Below, in pieces: positions 1-64,000 of a stretch of 64,000 nucleotides of DNA. Below the pieces are notes generated by a model that saw only the letters and a program-made list of their open reading frames with translations, was not told the origin of the DNA and searched no databases. The translations under genes were made by a program, and so were the position numbers. Source of the DNA: Tubiluchus corallicola (taxonomy: Eukaryota > Animalia > Priapulida); contig JAQGDQ010000368.1 in assembly GCA_030141605.1 (NCBI GenBank), positions 124,001-188,000 of the forward strand, given 5' to 3'. Position 1 is the stretch's first letter, and every line of letters begins with the position of its first letter.

Positions 1-46
1 TTTTGTTAACTGAATAATTAGTTGAATATAACTGTCATTTCTCTAC

Positions 47-63363
<63,317 letters not shown>

Positions 63364-64000
63364 TGTCGTTTCTTTAAAGCGCACTTCACTTATTGTGCGA
63401 TGCGGAGGCGCAGAATACGAGGAAGACAAATCTTTTTTACACTCACAGAGCTCTGTCGCTCGTTCTATTCGACGGTCATTCCATGCAGATGTCAAAACAC
63501 TTAATCATGGTTCGTAGCAACACAATTTGACGGTGACGCCTTTACGGAGTCGTAGAAATTCTGCGAGTATTAATTACACGTTCATATTAAAATTTCCCTG
63601 TTTGCTATAAGGTAAATGAAACGCAGGCCAGCCGTACCTCATGCACACATCATAAAACTGTAGGTGAAGAAAAACTCAGCAGTTCTTCCATGTGCTAAAT
63701 AAGTAATTTTCACACACGCACCGCACCATGCACCAAAATTTTTTTCGTTGATTTATTTACTTTTTTATATATAAATTTTGACTTGATTACTTTTTGATCT
63801 GGTCTGCACAATAATTACATACCAAACACAGTATATGCACTGGCACCGGCTGCGCAGTATCGTGTGACCAGCGTGTGCTGCTCAACTGATACAGGTTCCT
63901 GGATGGTCTACTTAAACCGCATGCGCAGATTAGTTCACCAAGAGGAGATGTAAATATACGATTATAGTCAAAATAGTGGAGTCTGACAGTTATTATTCCT

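Noticed and set aside
63364-63495. N-terminal extension MTSAWND... in the ORF track
   Set aside because: Starts at TTG; the ATG at 63363 has a good Kozak context and directly opens the signal peptide.

Overview
AT-rich animal (probably invertebrate) genomic DNA. Nearly the whole window is the 5' part of one minus-strand, multi-exon gene, a MEGF6 (multiple EGF-like domains 6) orthologue. I traced 31 GT-AG exons that splice in frame: signal peptide (ATG at 63363), a two-exon EMI domain, 32 EGF/cbEGF modules, an acidic RGD-containing linker exon, and the first MEGF-type laminin-like EGF repeats. The gene runs off the window at position 1. Human MEGF6 has about 8 EGFs before the linker (from memory), so this segment is expanded about four-fold. 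The expansion consists of phase 1-1 single-EGF exons, one intronless 8-repeat exon and one recent exon duplication. Intron 5 holds a candidate second signal-peptide first exon (34476-34590) that would give an EMI-less isoform; a few kb downstream of it the DNA changes from CpG-retaining to CpG-depleted. Introns carry a 5'-truncated LINE, SINEs, several MITEs, a head-to-head tRNA-Thr-like palindrome, an inverted Penelope-like unit with degenerate hammerhead motifs, and many long microsatellites concentrated in the 19.9 kb intron 3. All calls come from manual reading; no searches were run.
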